Shown one piece after another: positions 44,459 to 47,372 of a stretch of 47,372 bases of DNA. Positions within the stretch are counted from its first letter, which is position 1. Each line of letters opens with the position of its first letter. Location of the stretch: assembly GCA_947630935.1 (NCBI GenBank), contig CANRJL010000001.1:1-47372 (forward strand), in the 5' to 3' direction. Both the position numbers and the translations under genes were made by a program. Under the pieces are notes generated by a model. The model did no database searches. It was not told the DNA's origin and saw nothing but the letters and a program-made list of their open reading frames with translations. Source of the stretch: an uncultured Bacilli bacterium. Lineage in GTDB: Bacteria; Bacillota_I; Bacilli_A; RF39; UBA660.

Positions 44459-45583
44459 ATGACTAAAACAGATAAATGGACAATCTTTTTTTTCTTATTA
44501 TTTTTTACAATTCTTTTAGGAATTAGTCTTTTGTTAATGTATCACGCTAAGTTTATTACAAATATGTTTGCTTATCATTTTGAAAAACAATGTTTATGGA
44601 TTCTTATTGGGATTATTTTAGGTATTATATTTTATTTTATTCCAGCAAAGTTCCTTTTTCGCTTTAGTTTTCTTTTTTATCTTTTAAATCTTTTATTATT
44701 ATTGTTAGTTTTAATCGTTGGAAAAAATGTTAATGGTGCGAAAGCATGGATTCAGGTTGGTAATTGGCAATTTCAACCAAGTGAATTGATGAAAATATCT
44801 TATTCTCTTTTCTTAGCCCAATTTTGTTCTAATCGTTCTTTTTATACCCTAAAAGATGAATTTAAATTTATTTTTAAAGTTCTTCTTATCTTTTTCTTTC
44901 CGGCAATTTTAGTTTTTTTGGAGCCAGATACAGGAGCGATTATTTTCTTTTTATTGATTACAATTGTATTACTGTGGAATACTAAAATTTCCAAAAAATG
45001 GTTTTTTATTTTCTTATTTATTATAGGACTTATTTTAGGTTTATTTTTCTATTGTTATTTTTTCCAAAGAGATTTATTAGTCAAAATGTTAGGAACTAGT
45101 TTTTTTTATCGAGTTGAACGGGTATTGTCTTTAGGTAGTGGTTTGCAAATTGAAAATGCTACCACAGCTTTAGGAAGTGCTCCTCTTTATCGCTTTAATT
45201 TATTAGAAACAGGCATTTATATTCCTGAAGCTCCGACTGATTTTATTTTTGCTCTTTCTAGTAATGTATTTGGGTTATGCGGTCCTTTAGCTATTTTAAT
45301 ATGTTATTTTGGTCTTGATTTAGTTTTTTTACATTTTTATAAATTAGAAAAAAGAAAAACCCAAAAACTTTTCTTTTTAGCTTTTTTAACAATTTTTTTC
45401 TTTAGTCAATTTGAAAATATCGGGATGAATTTAGGACTATTACCTATTATTGGAATTCCGTTACCTTATCTAAGTTATGGTGGTTCTTTTATGATTATTT
45501 TATTTATTTTTTTAGGAATTTTATTTCAACAAAAGAAAAGTTTCACTAAAAAAAGCAAAACTTTTCATATTGATTACCGATAA
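44459..45583 (+). CDS. SEDS-family peptidoglycan glycosyltransferase (FtsW/RodA/SpoVE)
   Basis: QPSELMKISYSLFLA, PEAPTDFIFA and GIPLPYLSYGGS motifs with ~10 TMs. Start is placed at ATG 44459 (MTKTDKW...) to avoid the antisense overlap of ORF-track start 44360; the RBS is weak, so the start is uncertain. Confidence 0.85.
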   Translation: MTKTDKWTIFFFLLFFTILLGISLLLMYHAKFITNMFAYHFEKQCLWILIGIILGIIFYFIPAKFLFRFSFLFYLLNLLLLLLVLIVGKNVNGAKAWIQVGNWQFQPSELMKISYSLFLAQFCSNRSFYTLKDEFKFIFKVLLIFFFPAILVFLEPDTGAIIFFLLITIVLLWNTKISKKWFFIFLFIIGLILGLFFYCYFFQRDLLVKMLGTSFFYRVERVLSLGSGLQIENATTALGSAPLYRFNLLETGIYIPEAPTDFIFALSSNVFGLCGPLAILICYFGLDLVFLHFYKLEKRKTQKLFFLAFLTIFFFSQFENIGMNLGLLPIIGIPLPYLSYGGSFMIILFIFLGILFQQKKSFTKKSKTFHIDYR

Positions 45584-45807
45584 GGATAGTAATAATTATA
45601 AGAATAGTTTCCATATGGGCCATATGGTGGGTTATAAGGTTGATAAGGTGCTACATTATATATTGGCCTGGGTCTTGTTAAACCTACCGCAGCTCCCCCT
45701 GTAACGGCGCCTACTAAAAAAGGAAATATGAAGCGTTCACCATTATAATTTGGTCCATAAAAATTTCTATCTCTTAGGTATGGCATATTATTAATATATG
45801 GGTTCAT
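45574..45807 (-). CDS. Small Tyr/Pro/Asn-rich protein with a central Gly-rich hydrophobic segment
   Basis: 77 aa. Y/P/N-rich flanks surround FIFPFLVGAVTGGAAVGL. Its 3' end overlaps the SEDS gene by 10 nt (convergent). Confidence 0.5.
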   Translation of the reverse strand: MNPYINNMPYLRDRNFYGPNYNGERFIFPFLVGAVTGGAAVGLTRPRPIYNVAPYQPYNPPYGPYGNYSYNYYYPYR

Positions 45808-45864
45808 AAACTTCTCCTCTCGTGATAGTTTATGTTTATTTTTTAATTTCGTTTATGTTGCAAT

Positions 45865-46263
45865 TTAACATAGGTCAATTAATTTATTTTTGTCTTTGCC
45901 AATTAATATATCTTTACCACTATATTTAGAATCTATTTTATTACATTCAATTAAGTAATATGTTTCATTAACTACTTGATAAGAATAGATTTTAGTACCT
46001 CCATCGTCTAACATATCGATAGGTTCAGAATATTTATGGATACAATCGTAAGTGCAATTGGTTTTTGGTAATTCTTCTTTAATTGATACTTTTTGATTGT
46101 TAAGTATAAATAAAGGGTCTTTTTCATCTGAATAAATTTTGCGATTATTATTTTCTAATAAATAATATAATTGGCGATTATCTTGTGAAAAATTTCGATT
46201 TTGACAGCCAGTAGTTATGAATAATGCAAAAGATAAAATTATAAAAATAACTATTTTTTTCAT
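45865..46263 (-). CDS. Lipoprotein, unknown function
   Basis: Preferred start is ATG 46263 with AGGAGA 6 nt upstream. The lipobox-like sequence is LFITTGC. Confidence 0.65.
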   Translation of the reverse strand: MKKIVIFIILSFALFITTGCQNRNFSQDNRQLYYLLENNNRKIYSDEKDPLFILNNQKVSIKEELPKTNCTYDCIHKYSEPIDMLDDGGTKIYSYQVVNETYYLIECNKIDSKYSGKDILIGKDKNKLIDLC

Positions 46264-46273
46264 AAGCATTCTC

Positions 46274-47209
46274 CTAAAACAACTTTCTTTTTTTTAGCCA
46301 AATGGCAATTATAATAGAAATAACAATAGATAAAATAAAGATTAAAAGGAAAGAAGCTTTATTAGTTGCTAAAATACCAAGAGGAACATTCATTCCTAAA
46401 AATGAAGCAACCATAGTTGGAATAGAAAAAACTATAGTTATACTTGCTAGAAAACGCATTGCTTCATTTAAATTATTAGAAATAATCGTGCCATAAGTGG
46501 CAATTGTTGATGATAAAATTTCACGGTAAATAGTACTCATCTCAATACATTGTTTATTATCAATAATAGTATCTTCTAAAAATTCTTTATCTTCTTCATA
46601 GATATCTATTACATATTCTTTACTTATTTTTTCTAAAACAGTATTATTATATTTTAATGATGTAATAAAATAGACTAATGATTTCTCAATTGTTAATAAC
46701 CCCATTAGTTGTTTATTACTAGTAGAATTTAATAATTGTTGTTCTTTTGGCTCAATTTTTGTTTCAATTTTATTTAAAGCTCTTAAATATTCTTTAGATG
46801 TTTCTTCAAATATTTGAAGACAAAATCTACTTTTTTTAGCTGTATAGAAATTAGGTATTTCATTTTTAATAAAATGTTGCAAAATTGAATTTTCTTTTAA
46901 AGAAACTGTAATAATATGAAAATCATTGCAAATAATTATTCCCATTGAATATGTATTATATTCTTTTGACTCAGTTTGGTAAGGAATATCAATGACCATT
47001 AAAGTGCCAAATTTTGTTTTTTTAATTCGTGGCAAATCTTTTTCAACTAATACTTCAGTTATTGTTTTTTTATCAATATTGACATTTGCAAGAACTTTGG
47101 CAATTTCATCTTTTGTAGGATTTAATAAATCTATCCAGCAGTCTTTTTCAATATTAGATATTTCTTTTAATGTTTCTTTAGTTTCTTCATTCTTATATAT
47201 CTTTATCAT
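46274..47209 (-). CDS. corA: CorA-family Mg2+/Co2+ transporter
   Basis: Soluble N-domain plus two C-terminal TMs, with a GMN motif (FLGMNVP) between them. Preferred start is ATG 47209 with an AGGTGA RBS (ORF-track start 47218 is GTG). Confidence 0.8.
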   Translation of the reverse strand: MIKIYKNEETKETLKEISNIEKDCWIDLLNPTKDEIAKVLANVNIDKKTITEVLVEKDLPRIKKTKFGTLMVIDIPYQTESKEYNTYSMGIIICNDFHIITVSLKENSILQHFIKNEIPNFYTAKKSRFCLQIFEETSKEYLRALNKIETKIEPKEQQLLNSTSNKQLMGLLTIEKSLVYFITSLKYNNTVLEKISKEYVIDIYEEDKEFLEDTIIDNKQCIEMSTIYREILSSTIATYGTIISNNLNEAMRFLASITIVFSIPTMVASFLGMNVPLGILATNKASFLLIFILSIVISIIIAIWLKKRKLF

Positions 47210-47290
47210 TTTACTCACCTTCAGTTTTATTATAACGCATTTTTAAAATTTATAAAGATAATTCACTTATACGTAGATAGTCTTTCATTT

Positions 47291-47320
47291 AAAAGAAAAG
47301 GATAACTTTATATCGTTATC
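47291..47320 (-). terminator. Intrinsic terminator of a gene entering from the right edge
   Basis: GATAAC-GATATAAA-GTTATC on the minus strand followed by CTTTTCTTTT. It overlaps the TAA at 47316-47318. Confidence 0.45.
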
Positions 47321-47372
47321 TCTTTTGTTTCTCAAAATTGATTAAATGACCTTTTCCTGCTAAAATAAATTT
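47316..47372 (-). CDS. 3' end (18 codons) of an unidentified gene truncated by the window edge
   Basis: This is the only open minus-strand frame at the edge (KFILAGKGHLINFEKQKR-stop), and it ends inside the terminator hairpin. It is too short to identify. Confidence 0.3.
   Translation of the reverse strand, partial: KFILAGKGHLINFEKQKR

Noticed and set aside
2596-47246. The remaining short ORFs in the track (2596..2811, 7555..7767, 9973..10185, 15082..15270, 15988..16212, 17173..17622, 18208..18396, 18547..18786, 19402..19647, 20056..20469, 21982..22233, 26237..26434, 26675..26875, 27936..28142, 28623..28811, 29301..29489, 32670..32867, 34105..34347, 34329..34529, 35759..35944, 38064..38333, 41581..41772, 43846..44109, 46302..46496, 46992..47246)
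   Set aside because: Each is nested antisense or out of frame inside, or largely overlapping, a longer ORF with recognisable motifs. They have low-complexity AT-driven composition and no RBS. They are treated as shadow ORFs.
1-47372. Mollicutes-type code (TGA = Trp), suggested by the very low GC
   Set aside because: All long genes are intact under the standard code, with Trp at expected conserved positions. TGA also serves as a stop followed by a terminator hairpin (the 101-aa gene at 44101).

Overview
Very AT-rich window that looks like a low-GC Firmicute chromosome using the standard genetic code. Housekeeping and sporulation genes sit at both ends. At 0-3 kb there is a partial DUF4143-type ATPase and uvrB. 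At 40-47 kb there is a CotY/CotZ-like coat protein, a glucosaminidase, dacB-spmA-spmB, a SEDS protein and corA. The central ~35 kb is an almost unbroken minus-strand block of cell-envelope and appendage genes in three modules. (1) 3.6-15.2 kb is a SipW-type signal peptidase locus. It has two SipW paralogues (one fused to an ~8-TM domain), a DUF5305-like membrane protein and four predicted SipW substrates with TasA/camelysin-like features. One substrate is a 1279-aa protein built from ~90 tandem 12-aa Asp/Asn/Cys units that resemble thrombospondin type-3 Ca-binding repeats. Two P-type ATPases lie directly upstream of this locus on the same strand (15.4-20.5 kb). (2) 20.5-25.3 kb holds a class B sortase with an unusual ~270-aa N-terminal extension, two NP(K/Q)TG-anchored Cys-repeat surface proteins and a GT2-TPR glycosyltransferase. 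(3) 27-38.4 kb is a divergent Tad/Flp-like type IV filament operon with TadZ-like, TadA/CpaF-like, TadB- and TadC-like and CpaB-like genes, two tandem Cys-rich pilin-like genes and three pseudopilin-like genes. It is headed by a 1282-aa Cys-rich secreted protein. No prepilin peptidase is present in the window, and the putative filament subunits share a non-canonical M[KR]E[AS]xG N-terminus. I saw no rRNA, tRNA, CRISPR array, transposase or integrase. All functional calls come from reading motifs by eye; no database search, structure prediction or statistics was run.
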